NCBI RefSeq assembly: GCF_009914755.1
Contig: NC_060944.1
DNA: 64,000 bases
Strand: one strand, 5' to 3'
DNA from: the human T2T-CHM13v2.0 reference genome, Homo sapiens
Numbering within the stretch: the stretch's first letter is position 1; each line of letters opens with the position of its first letter. Below, one piece after another: positions 1 through 13,080 of this stretch. A program made the translations under genes and the position numbers. The notes beneath the pieces are model-generated. The model had not been told where the DNA came from, searched no databases, and saw only the letters and a list, made by a program, of their open reading frames with translations.

Positions 1-339
1 GCATGCAATTGAAGGAAATAAAGAACGGTCTCTGAGAAAGTCAATAAAATGCAGAGCTTATCCCTGTTGGTAAAATTCAGGTCCCCAAATGAAATGGACA
101 AGCAATTATCAACTGAGCCAGTTTTCAATCCTTGGTGATTGTTTCGTCTGCCAGTTTTTGTTTCTTAAACCTCTTGACAGCAGTCCCTCTTACAAATAAA
201 ATTATAAAAATCCTATATAGCAAATGATGTCCAGTGTTCTACCAAACTAGATCCCGACTAAGCCTGACTGAGGACCATGAAAACCAGCACAGTGGACAAA
301 CACAAAGAAAGCAGCCAAAGGAAAAGTGAAGAGTCTGAT

Positions 340-515
340 CCGGGAAGCCTTAACTGTTCTGAGGGTTCTGAATCCATTTGAGAATCTGTAATAAGCAGTA
401 GACTCTCCTGAGAACAAGCGAATGCACAGATGCACAAAATTTGGAATGGAGGCCATGCCAAGGTCACAGACCCTCTGGAGCATCTACAGATTCCCTAAGG
501 GAAGAGAACTCTAGT
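340..515 (+). mobile_element. hAT-Charlie MER fossil (MER117-like)
   Basis: ttgagaatctg...aatgcacagatgcacaaaatttt...cacagaccctctggag resembles the recalled MER117 consensus. Confidence 0.5.
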
Positions 516-911
516 GTTTAAAAGAAGCAGGAAATAGGCTCCATGAGAATTTAACACTTCTTTTTATCTGTTCACAATTGGTTGCCAGTTCCCTGGAGTT
601 CCCTACTGCTGGGAAAATGGAGTGTGTGGGTTCAGAGAGGTGCTATAGCTTGGAGCCATAGTTTTCAATGGGAAAAGGAAGTAAGAGGAAAAGAAAGAAG
701 ACAATGAGAAGTGTTGCTGAGATCCATACATTTTTGTGGCATAATGAGAATTTCTAAAAACTCTGCAAGTCTGACTTAGCAGCATTATTATACTGTCACC
801 CAGCCTGAATCTTCAAGCTGACAATTTGCTGCGAGTTCTTCGTTCACTTCTTTTTCTCCTTCCTTCTGGAACCATGCATATTTTGCCTTAAGAGAACAAA
901 GTGATGATATA

Positions 912-918
<7 letters not shown>

Positions 919-948
<30 letters not shown>
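919..948 (+). repeat. (GT)15 microsatellite
   Basis: Direct reading. Confidence 0.97.
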
Positions 949-950
<2 letters not shown>

Positions 951-1957
951 CAATGAAGAAAACATTTCAAAACATACTAAATGCCCGCAGTATGAGAGGC
1001 TTCTTACTAGGATACTCAGGTGAATGTTTGGGAATCTACCACTGTGTTCAATATGTCTTTGCTATTTGCAAGATTTGCAGTCTACTTAAGAATCTCAGGA
1101 ATGCATCGATCAGCCTTACATCCTTGAGGTCTGTGTAGGCAGCAAGTACCTTATACTACTGTAAGTCACATAGCATCTGTCTTTCTCTCCCTGCGGTGGA
1201 GCTTATGATTGCACAAAGCTCTTAAGCAGCTGCTTCTCAGATGCTCAGAAGACAGTGGATCTTGGGTCTGCACTCCAAAAGCAAGAGACAAAAAAGGCCC
1301 AGAAAAATAACCAATGCCTACAGGTTAGTCTTTTGTTAGGTTCATGATCAGTCAATTTACCTGTTTATTGCATAAGAGTAAGCTCGTCAGAGGTTCAAAT
1401 TTTAGCTTTATGAGACCAATTAGCTCCATTTTCTTTCATAGCCAAGAAAGAATCCCAAAGAATCCAGACTCAAGGGTCCCAAGATCACAGCAGTGGGGAT
1501 GTCACCCATCAACCTGGCTGTCCTTGAGTCCCACTCATCTCCATCAGGAATTCCAGGCCAAAATCTCATGGATTCCTAGTCATGGTTACAAAGGGGCTGG
1601 GACGTAGAGTAGGACCACCACACAAGCAGTGTGGATTTACACTCAGGAGAGCTGGGATTTCTGCAGAGAGCTCCCATTCATCTGGTCAGGCCCTGGCACC
1701 CCCTGAGCCACAGTGTCTTCTCTAAAAAAATGAGGCAGCTAGACCAAGCCAGGTATGCAACTCAGTAGCCTAAGGTAACACAACCGTGGAAAGGGAGCTT
1801 AGTGTGTGACCATAGGAAGTGCAGGGGTAGGTGGGTTCTGATTTGAAACTAGGAAATACATGACCTTTCTGAGGTCATTCAAATTTAAATTTTAAAATAT
1901 TTTTACATTTTTAACTTGCATCTTGGAAATAATTTAGACTTTAAAAATGTTGCATTA

Positions 1958-2257
1958 AGTCGGGCGCGGTGGCTCACGCCTGTAATCCCAGCACTTTGGG
2001 AGGCTGAGGCGGGCGGATCATGAGGTCAGGAGATCGAGACCATCCTGGCTAACATGGTGAAACCCCGTCTGTACTAAAAATACAAAAAAATTAGCCAGGG
2101 GTGGTGGTGGGCGCCTGTAGTCCCAGCTACTCGGGAGGCTGAGGCAGGAGAATGGCGTTAACCTGGGAGGTGGAGTTTGCAGTGAGCCGAGATCGCGCCA
2201 CTGCACTCCAGACTGGGAGAGAGCGAGACTCTGTCTCAAAAAAAAAAAAAAAAAAAA
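1958..2257 (+). mobile_element. AluY, full length
   Basis: Dimeric Alu with AluY-type diagnostics (gagatcgagaccatcctggctaac, gagaatggcg) and an A20 tail. Imperfect TSD aaaaatgttgcatta/aaaaagttgcataa. Confidence 0.93.
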
Positions 2258-2274
2258 GTTGCATAAATAGCACA

Positions 2275-2770
2275 CAGGTACACCTATGTTCATGGCAGCA
2301 TTATTCGCAATAGCCAAAAGGTGGAAGCAAATCAAGTGTCCATCAACGGATGAATGGATAAACCAAATGTGGTATACAGGGTGGAATATTTAACCGTAAA
2401 AAGGAAGGAAATTCTGACACATGCCACAACATGATGAACCTTGAAGACATTGTGCTTAAGTAAAATAAGCCAGGCACCAACAGTCAAATACTGTATGATT
2501 CCACTTATATAACCTAATTCGAGAAATCAAATTCATAAAGACAGAGTGTAGAAAGGTGGATTCCAGGGCTGGGGGGGGAATGGAGAGTTACTGTGCAGTA
2601 GGTACAGAGTTTCAGTTTGAGATGATTAAAAAGTTCTGGTAATGGATAATAGTGATAGTTGCATAATGTGAGTGTACTTAATATCACTGAACTATTCACT
2701 TAAAAATCATTAAAATTGAAAAGTTGATGTTATATATATTTATCACAATAAAAACATTACTTTTAAAAAG
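2275..2770 (+). mobile_element. L1MB-type 3' end fragment
   Basis: atgttcatggcagcattattcgcaatagccaaaaggtggaagcaa...gtacagagtttcagttt...cacaataaaaa. Confidence 0.8.
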
Positions 2771-3551
2771 AAGCAGAGTTTCCATATACCCTTCTTTATT
2801 CAGCTTCCCCAAAATTAACGTCTTAGGTAAACATAGCAAAATTACCAAAGGCAGGAAATAAACATTGATATAATACTATTAGCTACAGGCCTTATTCAAA
2901 ATGTTCCAGTTGTCCCACTAGTGTCCTTTTTTCTGATCCACGATTCAATCCAAAATATGATTATATTTAATAGTTATGTCTCCTTAGTTTCCTCTAATTT
3001 GGAAAAGTTCTGCAGCTCTTTTTTGTCGTTTATGAACATGATGACTTTAAAGAGTACTGGTCAGTTATGAGTTTGTCTGATGGTTCTACCTGAATAAATA
3101 CACGTTATGTATTTTTGGTGAGAAAATCACATGAACAATGTGCCCTTCTTAATGCATCATAGCATGACTCATCACTGGTGAAGTTAACTTAGATCGCTTG
3201 GGTAAAGTGGTCTCTGCCAGGTTTCTCCACTATAAAGATACATTTCCCATTGTTTATTATTGTATCTCACCTATTAATTTTAGCATCTATTGGAGATGTT
3301 TGCCGGCCACAATTACTATTATTATGACATTTTCTGAATGATGATATTCAATGTCCATCATTTCTTCTACATTTATTAATGGCAATTCCACTGTAAGGAA
3401 GAGTTTTCCCTGCACCTCAGTTTACATTTAATTTCTTATTTTAAAAAAACACTAAAACAAGCCAGAATCATGGTAAGATATGTTCCTCTGATACCCACTG
3501 GCACTTAACAACTCCAAATTTTCTTTCTAGTGTTAAAAATTCTAAGTTCTA

Positions 3552-3893
<342 letters not shown>

Positions 3894-4404
3894 TCAAATT
3901 TCATACTACCTGATAGTGTTCAAAGTAGAAAGTTTTTGGAAAGCAAAATACAGCACACATACATTTTCTTCCTCTCCCCTCACTTTTTTTATTTTATTAA
4001 ATCTTAATATTATCCAGAGTATATCAGCAGGGTTAAGTAGAGAAAACATTTAAGAACCATTGAGCCTGGAATTATCACACGAAATATTTATGTTAAATTT
4101 GCCATGGGGAATATGGCTTTTAGTGAACAGGAACTAAATCACAAAAGCTACAATGTTCTAAAAAATTTTTATTCACAGAAAAGACCCCTGGTTAAGTTGG
4201 CTATGCCTTGAAGATCATCCAGTATCTGCTGATCTGAGTCCAGGCCTGTCCCCCTGTGCCAGGGATGTCCCTTGAGAGCCTTTATCTGAGCTGCTCCAAG
4301 ACGGTGTCATCAGTTGACAGACAGAACCAATATTATTGTAGAGTTTTATGTTAACACAGCTGTGAAAGCTGAAGAAATAAAACTTTTTTTTCAGCTAGCT
4401 ACTT

Positions 4405-4980
4405 GTTTCTGTAGTCCATTGCTGAGTAACAAACCAACCCAAAATTTGGTGGTATAAAACAGCAATTTTATTATACTCATGAATGTGGGAATTTGTAATC
4501 CAGGCAGGGCACAGTGGAAATGGCTTGTCTGTGGTCCACGATGTGTGGAGGCTCAGTTGGGAAGACTCAACAGCTAGAGGATGACTGGTATGGCTGGAGT
4601 TGGAATCATGTGAAAGCTTCTTAATATGTGCATTTAACACCATAAATGGGATGACTTGAAAGCTGCGCTCTTCCAGGATTGTCAGGCAAAGCACTACACA
4701 TGCTTCTCAATGTTGCCTGGGCTTCCTCATAACATGGCAGCCTGAGAGGAGTTGGACTTCTTAAATTGTAGGTCAGGACTTTAAGAGCAAGTGTGTTCCA
4801 GGGAACAAGGCACAAGTCTAATGGCCCCTTATGACTTAGATTCAGAAGTCACATGGCATCACTTCCACCATACTCGTAATTAAAGTGATCATGTTCCCCA
4901 GATGCAAGGGCTGGAATCATGGACCTCATTTCTTGATATGGGGAGTGTTTAAAAAAAAGCTGTGGCTTTAAACAGCCACA
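4405..4980 (-). mobile_element. MLT1 (G/H-like) MaLR solo LTR
   Basis: cattgctgagtaacaaacc...cagaagtcacatggcatcacttccacc...ttaaacagccaca. Confidence 0.75.
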
Positions 4981-5171
4981 CTCTTCAAAATTAAAACACT
5001 AGAAAAATATAATTTTTAACAGAAGTGGAAAAGAGTCTCTTAAGCTGACTGCCCTCCCCTTTCTCCAAAAAGTCTAAGAAATATTCCCCAAGTATCCCTC
5101 TGATTGAAATAACCTCTCCTTTGGGTTTCCATAGCAGCTTGTGAATAACTCTGCTACAGCACATTCTATTC

Positions 5172-5400
5172 TAACAATAAAAAGAGTAACTTATGCTTGA
5201 GTGCAAGATATTATTCCAAGCACTTTTCATGCATTATCTCACTTAATTCCCATAACAAAAACATTTTATAAGTAAAAAATCTGAGGCCCACAAGGGTTAA
5301 CTAACTTGCCAAAGGTCATAGCGCTGTTACGAGGAAGAGCGAGAATTTAAACCAAGGCAATCTGGCTTCAGAACTCATGTTCTTAAACCACTCCACCACA
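5172..5400 (-). mobile_element. MIR
   Basis: Antisense MIR core: aatctgaggcccacaagggttaactaacttgccaaaggtcatagc. Confidence 0.8.
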
Positions 5401-5429
5401 GAGTACTGTTAATAGATTGCTGTGTGCAA

Positions 5430-5535
5430 ATCTTCCTTCCCTGTGAATTGTGAGCTATTTGTAGGCTGAGACCATATCATCATTACCTTTGTCTCTCCAG
5501 CACCAAACACAGTGCCTGGCTTATGACAAGGAACA
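5430..5535 (+). mobile_element. L2 3' end fragment
   Basis: tgtgagct...ctccagcaccaaacacagtgcctggc. Confidence 0.6.
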
Positions 5536-5559
5536 CAAAAATACACAATAGAAAAATGC

Positions 5560-5921
5560 ACAAAAGAGAAGAAACTAAAATGTCAATAAACATATGAAAA
5601 GATGCTCAAACTTTCAAAACAATTAAAAATATTCAAATAAGATGAAACATTTTGCCTATAAATTGGCTGCAGTTAAAATATCATTAATAAATGTCAATCC
5701 AGTGTTACTTAGAGAATGGGAAAAAGGATATTTTTATTCTTATTTACTTTTCGGTGAATCTTGGAATATACAACCTTATAGGGAAACTTTTCTGAAGTAT
5801 CTATCAAAATGATAAGTGTTCATAATCTACGACTTAGAGATTGAATTCCTAGGATATATCCTACAGGAAAACTCTCATCTATACAAACAGTGATAATCAC
5901 AAAGCTGTTCATCATAGCATT
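5560..5921 (+). mobile_element. L1ME-type fragment (resumes at ~11190-11480)
   Basis: aaacatatgaaaagatgctcaa...gaattcctaggatatatcctacagg...tgttcatcatagcatt. Confidence 0.65.
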
Positions 5922-8078
5922 TTTAATAGCAAATTGATTAAGATATAGTTCACATGCCATAAAATTTATCCTCTAAAAATTTGCAATTCAGTGATCTTTA
6001 GTAGAGTTGCAAAGTTGTGCAATCATTACCAGTATCTAATTTTAGAATATTTTTACCACCCTTAAAATAAATCCTGGACCATTAACAATCACTCTTCATT
6101 TCTGTCCCCTCTCAGCCCCAGGCAACCACTAATCTAATTTCCAGCTCTATAGATTTGTCTATTCTGGACATTTCATATAAAGAAGTGATACAATATATGA
6201 CCTTGCTGTCAGGCTTCTTTAACTTAGCATTAAGTTTTCAAGGTTCTTCCGTGTTTTTACCATGTGTCATTGCTTAATTCCTTTCCATTTAGAAATAATA
6301 TTCCATTGTACATATATATCATTTTGTTTACTGTTTTATCAATTGATAGCAATGTGGGTTGTTTCTAGTTTTTGACTATCATGAATAATGTTGCTATGAA
6401 CATTTGTATACAAGAATTTGTGTAAATGTATGTTTTCATTTCTCTTATATGCACCCGTACATGGAATTGCTGGGTCATATGACAAGTCTATATGTTTAAC
6501 ATTTTAAGTAACTGCCAAAGAGCTTTCCAAATAGGCTGTACCATTTTACTATCCCACCAACAGTGTATGAGGGTTCAAATTCCTCCCTATCCAGGTCAAC
6601 ACTTGCTGGTTTGGGTGCAGTTGGGCAGGGGTTGATTTTACCCATTCTAGTGTGTGTAAAGTGATATCTCATGGTTTTAACTTGCATTCTCTGATGTCTA
6701 ATAATGTTGAACATCTTTCTGTATGTTTATAGGCCATTTTTACTTCTTCTTTGAAGAAATGATTCCTCTAATTTGCACATTTTTAATTGGATTTCTTGAA
6801 TTTATTGTTGAATTGTAAACATTTTTAAAACATTCCTGTGCGAGATCCTTATCAGAGATATGATTTTCAAAATTTTTCTCCAATCTGTGGGTTGTCTTTT
6901 CGTTTCCTTCGCTATTTCTTTTGAAGTACAAATATTCTTAATTTTAATGAAGTACAATTTATGTTCTTACACTTTTGGTGTTGTATCTAAGAAAACATTG
7001 CCTAACCTAAAGCCATGAAGATTTATTTATATGTTCTATTCTAAGAGTTGTACAATATTAGCTCTTACATTTGGGACTACTAATCATTTTGAGTTAAATT
7101 TTGCATGTGGTATGAGATAGGAATCCAAATTCATTTTTTTCATGTGAATATCTAATTGTCCAAGCACAAAACTGTGCTTGAACAGACTATTCATTCTCAT
7201 TGAATTGTTCTAGCATCCATGTTGAAAATCAATTGACCATAAGTTGATTATCATAAATTATTTCTGGATTCAGTTTTATTCCATTAAACTACTATATGTC
7301 TCTCCTATGCCAGTACCATACTACTTTGATTACTTTAGCTTTGAAGAAGTGTTGAAATTGAAAAATGTGAGTCTTCCAACTTTGTTCTTCTTTATTAAGA
7401 TTATTTTGGCTATTCTTGGTCTCTTGAGTTTACATTTGAACTTTAGGATAAGCAAAAATGACAGCTGAGATTTTGAAAGTAATTGTATAGAATTTACAGA
7501 TAAGTTAGGGAGCATTGCCATTTTAAAAAATCCGTGAACATGAGATGCTTTTCCATTTATTTAGATCTTTAATTTCTTTCAGTGATGCTTTGTACTTTTC
7601 AGTGTATACATCTTGCACTTCTTTTGTTAAATTTATTCCCCAGTATTTTACTTATTTGATATTATTTTAAATTGACTTATATTCTTAACTTTATGCTTGG
7701 ATTGTTCATTGCTTGTGTATAGAAATATAATTGATTTTGCATGTTAATCTTATATTCTGCAACCTTGCTGACTCTTTTGTCAATTCTAATAATTTTTCTG
7801 GATTCATTATAAATTTCTATGTACAAGATATGTCTTCTGCAAATAGAGATAGTTTTTCTTCTTTCTTTCCAATCTTGATGCCTTTATTTCTTTATCTTGC
7901 CTGATGGCATTAGCTAAAATCTCCAGTACACTCTTGAATGGAAGTGGCAAGAGCAGATAACTTTGTCTTGTTCTGGTCTTAAGAAAATCATTCAGCCTTT
8001 CACCATTAACTATGGTGTTAGCTGTGAGTTTTTCATAGATAGATTTATCAGATTGAGAAAGTTCCCTTTCATTCCTAA

Positions 8079-8374
8079 TTTTTTTTTTTTTTTGAGACGG
8101 AGTCTCGCTCTGTTGTCCAGGCTGGAGTGCAATGGCGCAAGCTCGGCTCACTGCAAGCTCTGCCTCCCGGGTTCATGCCATTCTCCTGCCTCAGCCTCCT
8201 GAGTAGCTGGGACTACAGGAGCCTGCCACCACGCCCAGCTAATTTTTTGCATTTTTAGTAGAGACGAGGTTTCACTATGTTAGCCAGGAAGGTCTTGATC
8301 TCCTGACCTTGATATCTGCCCACCTCAGCCTCCCAAAGTGCTGGGATTACAGGCGTGAGCCACCGCACCCAGCC
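8079..8374 (-). mobile_element. AluY
   Basis: Antisense Alu (gcaagctctgcctcccgggttcatgccattc) with TSD ttcattcctaatttttt on both sides. Confidence 0.93.
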
Positions 8375-9350
8375 TTCATTCCTAATTTTTTAAAACGTAT
8401 TTATTATAAAAGAATGTTGTATTTTGTCACATGTTTTTCTGCATTGGGATGTTCATGTGGTTTTTGTTATTTATTCTATTGATATATTTATTATAGTAAT
8501 TGATTTTCAGATGTTAAAACAACTTTGCATTCCTGGGGTAAATCCTACTTGGTTATGATGAAAATCCTTTTTATATGTGACTGGATTCAGTTTGCTACTA
8601 TTTTGATGAGCATTTTTTTGCCATATTTGTAAGGGATCACAATCTGTAGTTTTCTTTTCTTGTGGTATTTCTGTCTTTTCTTCATGTCAGGGTGACACAG
8701 GCCTCAATGAATTAGTTGGGAAGTGATTCTTCCTCTTCCATTTTTTGGAAGAGTTTCTGAAGGACTGGAATTATTTATTTAAACATTAGTAGAACTAATC
8801 AGGATTAGTAGAATTCATCAGTATTTATTTTGCAGAAAGTTTTAAAATTACTAATTCAATCTCTTTACTGCTATTGAGGCTCTCTGATAAATTTTTAAAT
8901 TCTGTTATGTACTTTTTAGCTCCAGAATTTCTGTTTGGTTCTTTCTTCTTATTATTTTTATCTCTTTATTGATATTCTTTATTTGATGATTCAACATTCT
9001 AACACTTTCCTTTAGTTCTTTAGATATGGTTTCTTTGAACATATGTCTGGGTATAGTGATATCTATATATAATATCATGTGAATATTTATAGTTATATAG
9101 TTTAGTCTTTGTCTAGTAAGTCCAACATCTGGGCTTCCTCAGAGAGTTTTTATTATTTTTTCCTCTATGTGTGGAGCATATGTTCTTATTTCTTTTTGTG
9201 TCTCACAATTTTTCTTGAAAATTTGACATTTTAAATACTGTAATATGACAGTTTGGAAACCAGAGTTACCTCTCCCCAGGTTGTTTGTTGTTGTTTCTAG
9301 GTTTTGTTGTTTTTACTATTGCTATTTGTTTTCCTGCACCCCCACCCCTG

Positions 9351-10218
9351 TTTTTTTTTCTTTTTTTTTAATTATACTTTAAGTTCTGGGATACATGTGC
9401 AGAACATGGAGGTTTCTTACATAGGTATATACGTGCCATGGTGGTTTGCTGCACCCATCAACCCATCATCTACATTAGGTATTTCTCCTAATGTTATTCC
9501 TCCCCTAGCTCTGCAACCCCACAGGCCCCAGTGTGTGATGTTCCCCTTTCTGTTTCCATGTGTTCTCATTGTTCAACTCCCACTTATGAGTAAAAACATG
9601 CAGTGCTTGGCTTTTTGTTCCTCTGTTAGTTGACTGAGAATGATGGTTTCCTGCTTCATCCATGTCCCTGCAAAGGACATGAACTCATCCTTTTTTATGG
9701 CTGCATAGCATTCCATGGTGTATATATGCCACATTTTCTTTATGCAGTCTATCATTGATGGGCATTTGAGTTGGTTCCAAGTCTTTGCTATTGTGGAACT
9801 TAAATAAATTTACAAGAAAAAAAACCCATCAAGGAGTGGGCAAAGGATATGAACAGACACTTCTCAAAGGAAGATACTTACGTGGCCAACAAACATATGA
9901 AAAAAAATGCACCACCACTGGTCATTAGAGAAGTGAAAATCAAAACCAAAATGAGATACCGTCTCACACCAGTGAGAACGGTGATCATTAAACAGCCAGG
10001 AAACAACAGATGCTGGAGAGGATGTGGAGAAATAGGAATGCTTTTACACTGTTGGTGGTTAGTGTAAATTAGTTCAACCATTGTGGAAGATGGTGTGGCA
10101 ATTCCTCAAGGATCTAGAACCAGAAATACCATTTGACCCAGCAATCCCATTACTGGGTATATACCCAAAGGATTATAAATCATTCTACTCTAAAGATACA
10201 TGCACACATATGTTTATT
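9351..10218 (-). mobile_element. 5'-truncated, 5'-inverted L1PA (PA7/8-like)
   Basis: Poly-T plus antisense 3' UTR at 9351-9795, then ORF2 C-terminal sequence on the + strand at 9796-10218 (MNRHFSKED...CWRGCGEIG). Confidence 0.92.
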
Positions 10219-11323
10219 TCTATTTGCTTATTTAATGTCTTTCTGGACTAATTCTATAAAGTCTGTAATTTCTATAATGTGCCATTGAATCTGCTTGGTT
10301 AACTTAATAGTTAGCCAATGACAGGGCAGAGGTTTTCTTAAAGACCTTGAATCAATAAGGCTTTTTGTTTTTACCCTTTGCTAAGGGGCTCTGTTGTGTA
10401 TATCGGGACATATCCTCAATTCTCAAGCAGGCAGTTTTAAACTCTGCTATGGCCTTCACCTCCTGTTTTTAAAGAGACATCAAGTCAACTAAAGGTGAGC
10501 ACTTAGGGCCTTCTTAGATATTTCCTGGTTGTGTGTACAGCTCTGCCCATGTGTATGGCCTTCTAAGTGTCCAGGAATATATTAGAGCTTTGTAAAGCCT
10601 TCAATGGACATCTTATTCCCTAGATTCTTTTACAAAGGTTTTTGTCCAGCCTTTTATTTGCCCCAGTTCATATTGCTACTTCAGGAAATTGCAACCTTAA
10701 AAATTTGCCACTGATTATTTTTGACAAATTCCCTGGGGAGTAGGACTTTTCCAACTGAGCAAACCCTGGGACAGATCAAATAACAACAAATCCTATAAAT
10801 GGAACTTTTCCAGATAGCTTCCAGGCAATTATTTAGGGATGGAGCTTTTTAAATAACTCTAAACCCAGTCTGCACCCTCTACTATGTATTTGGCTACTGG
10901 TTTTCACAGCTGCTGTGATTGTGAGGTTGTTCATGTTCAAAGATGCTGCAGAGCTATGAAGAAGAGGATGGTCATAGGGCAATCTAAAACAGCACAGAGT
11001 TTGCCATTATCACTGAGATTCAACTTTTTTATTGAATAAACACCCTTCGGGTTGCTGCAAACCTCTTGTCAATTTCCTGTGTTCTGAATAAGTTGATTTG
11101 GCAATTTTTTTCAGAGTTCTATTTGCTTTTCTATAGCAGTAGATTTTTGAAGGTTCTTATTCTATCATACCTGAAGTTTCCCCACCCCAACACACAGCAT
11201 TATCTTTGAATGTAAAAAAAAATGGAAGCATCTTAATATGCATCAATAATGGAAAGGCTAAATAAGTCATGGTATAGCCCATGTAATGGAATAATATGCA
11301 GCCATTCAAAAGAAGGAAGTAGT

Positions 11324-11420
11324 CTAGGTGATGAAGTAATATGTACCATAAACCCCATGACACGTGTTTACCTATGTAACAAACCTTCACATGTACCCCC
11401 AAACCCAAAATAAAAATTTG
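11324..11420 (+). mobile_element. ~100-bp extreme 3' fragment of an older L1PA
   Basis: ccccatgacacgtgtttacctatgtaacaaaccttcacatgtaccccc...aaaataaaa, flanked by TSD-like aaaagaaggaagtagt/aaaaaaggaggtagt. Confidence 0.8.
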
Positions 11421-11493
11421 AAAAAAGGAGGTAGTAAGTGAAAGTCTGTGATAGCATCTGAGTGACAAGAGAAGAACCACTTTGCATAATATG

Positions 11494-11495
<2 letters not shown>

Positions 11496-11533
<38 letters not shown>
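11496..11533 (+). repeat. (GT)19 microsatellite
   Basis: Direct reading. Confidence 0.97.
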
Positions 11534-11535
<2 letters not shown>

Positions 11536-11934
11536 AAGCAAGGAAGAAGATCTAAAACTCACTCATTTGACTATTAAGGAAATAATCATTTGCTCTTACA
11601 AGTAGGTAGGCCTAGAGGAAAAAAAACAAAAAGGTAACCTAACTCCAATACTGCCAAAAAAGAAAACATGAAGAATTTTTACTTTGTTATCTGTGTTTTT
11701 CGGTTTTCTAAATTTACTCTACATTTTCTTTATATTAAAAATAAAATAATAATAATAAATATTCTTTAAGAAATATTTGAGCCACACTGAGGTTCTATGT
11801 GATCTAAAAATCTCAGATTGGCCCCATCTATGTTAGAAAACTTTTCTATCAAATCAACCACATCTGCTTCCCTTTTCTTCCAAACACTGGATGGCAACAC
11901 ACACACCAAAACTTTCAATAGCCAATACTTTGAG

Positions 11935-12080
11935 TAGTGGAATGCTTTTTGATTTAGGGACTCTTTTGAGAATCTGATGAAATCATGTGTCCTATTTCCA
12001 AAAAAAGTACATATTTACATTATTTGTCTATAATTTGTAAGCATTCAATTAAATTAATTAATCAGGTTAAGAACTGCAAA
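11935..12080 (+). mobile_element. MER117-like hAT fossil
   Basis: cttttgagaatctgatgaaa...caggttaagaactgc. Confidence 0.5.
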
Positions 12081-12109
12081 CAGCATGTCTTTATCAATGT
12101 GAAGACGTG

Positions 12110-12275
12110 GAGAAAAGGGAGAGATCTGGGAACTTCAAGCCCCTATATTTATACAGAAGAGAAAAAGATGCCCAGAGAGGAAACCACTTGCCCACAATCA
12201 TACTGATGGTAACAGACCTGAGCCACATCCAGGCCTCCAAACTCCCAGGTCAAGGCTCTTCCCACCAAGTTACCT
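12110..12275 (-). mobile_element. MIR fragment
   Basis: attttatacagaagagaaaaagatgcccagagaggaaaccacttgccca. Confidence 0.55.
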
Positions 12276-12940
12276 TGAATCATAGAACAAATGATTGGCC
12301 TGTTTAGGTTCTCCAAGACTCTTAGAGGCCCTGTGCCAAAGACAACCTCTCATTACTGTGACTTCTCTGACTGGTTCTGACCTGATTTCAAGGATCCTTG
12401 AGATAGGAAGGTAGAGGGAAACCAGACCTGCCATCCAACTGGTATTTACTAAATTTAGATGTTCACACTGTGCTCAGCCTGATAAAAGGCACCAAGGGTT
12501 CACAGAAAAAGCCCAAGACACAGACAGACAGTTGAAGATCTGTCACAGACAGCTATGAAGACATGACTACAAAACATCGCAGCATAATTCTGAAGCAACC
12601 AGGTGGTACCTGGGGTATGCACACTAGACCAAGGAAGGCAAGGAGAATCTGATGCAGGTGTGAATGTAAAGGCAAGGCTCCATGGAAAAGGAAAGGGAAT
12701 CAAAGAATGTGCAGAAAGTTAAAAAATGGGGGAAAGAATAGAAGGTATTTGGGGAGCAGGAGGAGAGTGGACACCACATGAACAAAGGCAAGGAGAAGAG
12801 AAGGAGGACATTGATAGGGAAATAGAGGACCAGGACTGACAGGAGGTTTGCCAGTGGTTTCCTTGCATACTTCCCTACCCCATGGAGCCCCTGCAAGCAG
12901 CCCCAGCTTTGGTGTCCCTGTCCCTGGGCCAACCCCAGAA

Positions 12941-12975
12941 GCTAACTATGCCTATGTCTACTTGACTCTCCACAG
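12941..12975 (+). promoter_or_regulatory. Branch point (gCTAAC, A at ~12945), polypyrimidine tract and 3' splice site of exon 2
   Basis: gctaac lies 30 nt upstream of CAG with no intervening AG. The pyrimidine tract is interrupted (atgcctatgtctacttgactctccacag). Confidence 0.75.
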
Positions 12976-13080
12976 CTTCCCTTTGCTGAAGGTCTGTACC
13001 ACTTTTATCACAATGGCCTTGCAAAGGCCAAGAGAAGACGCAGCCTACACCACAAGCAGCAGCTGGAGAGAGACCCCAGG
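12976..13080 (+). CDS. PCSK2: PCSK2 (prohormone convertase 2) internal coding exon 2, 105 bp, phase 0/0, prodomain residues ~60-94
   Basis: Acceptor ...ttgactctccacAG| at 12974-12975 and donor CAGG|GTGAGT at 13081. Translation LPFAEGLYHFYHNGLAKAKRRRSLHHKQQLERDPR matches the human proPC2 prodomain as I recall it, including KAKRRR. Confidence 0.97.

Larger units (their letters stand above)
1905..3440 (-). mobile_element. Old L1MC-type 3' end, interrupted by AluY and an L1MB fragment
   Basis: ggaaataatttagacttt...gttgca | gagtttccatatacccttc...ggtaaagtggtctctgccaggtttctccactataaag resembles the antisense L1MC 3' UTR. Confidence 0.65.
5922..11190 (-). mobile_element. Long L1MB-type element (3' UTR at ~5922, ORF2 remnants to ~8875, more 5' sequence to ~11190), with nested AluY and L1PA
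   Basis: Antisense L1MB 3' UTR. Minus-strand ORF2-like peptides at 6496-6931, 7330-7521 and 7807-8151 ([15 protein letters not shown]). Confidence 0.8.

Noticed and set aside
5495-5517. RE1/NRSE-like sequence tccagcaccaaacacagtgcc
   Set aside because: It is part of an L2 3' end and lacks the critical central GG.
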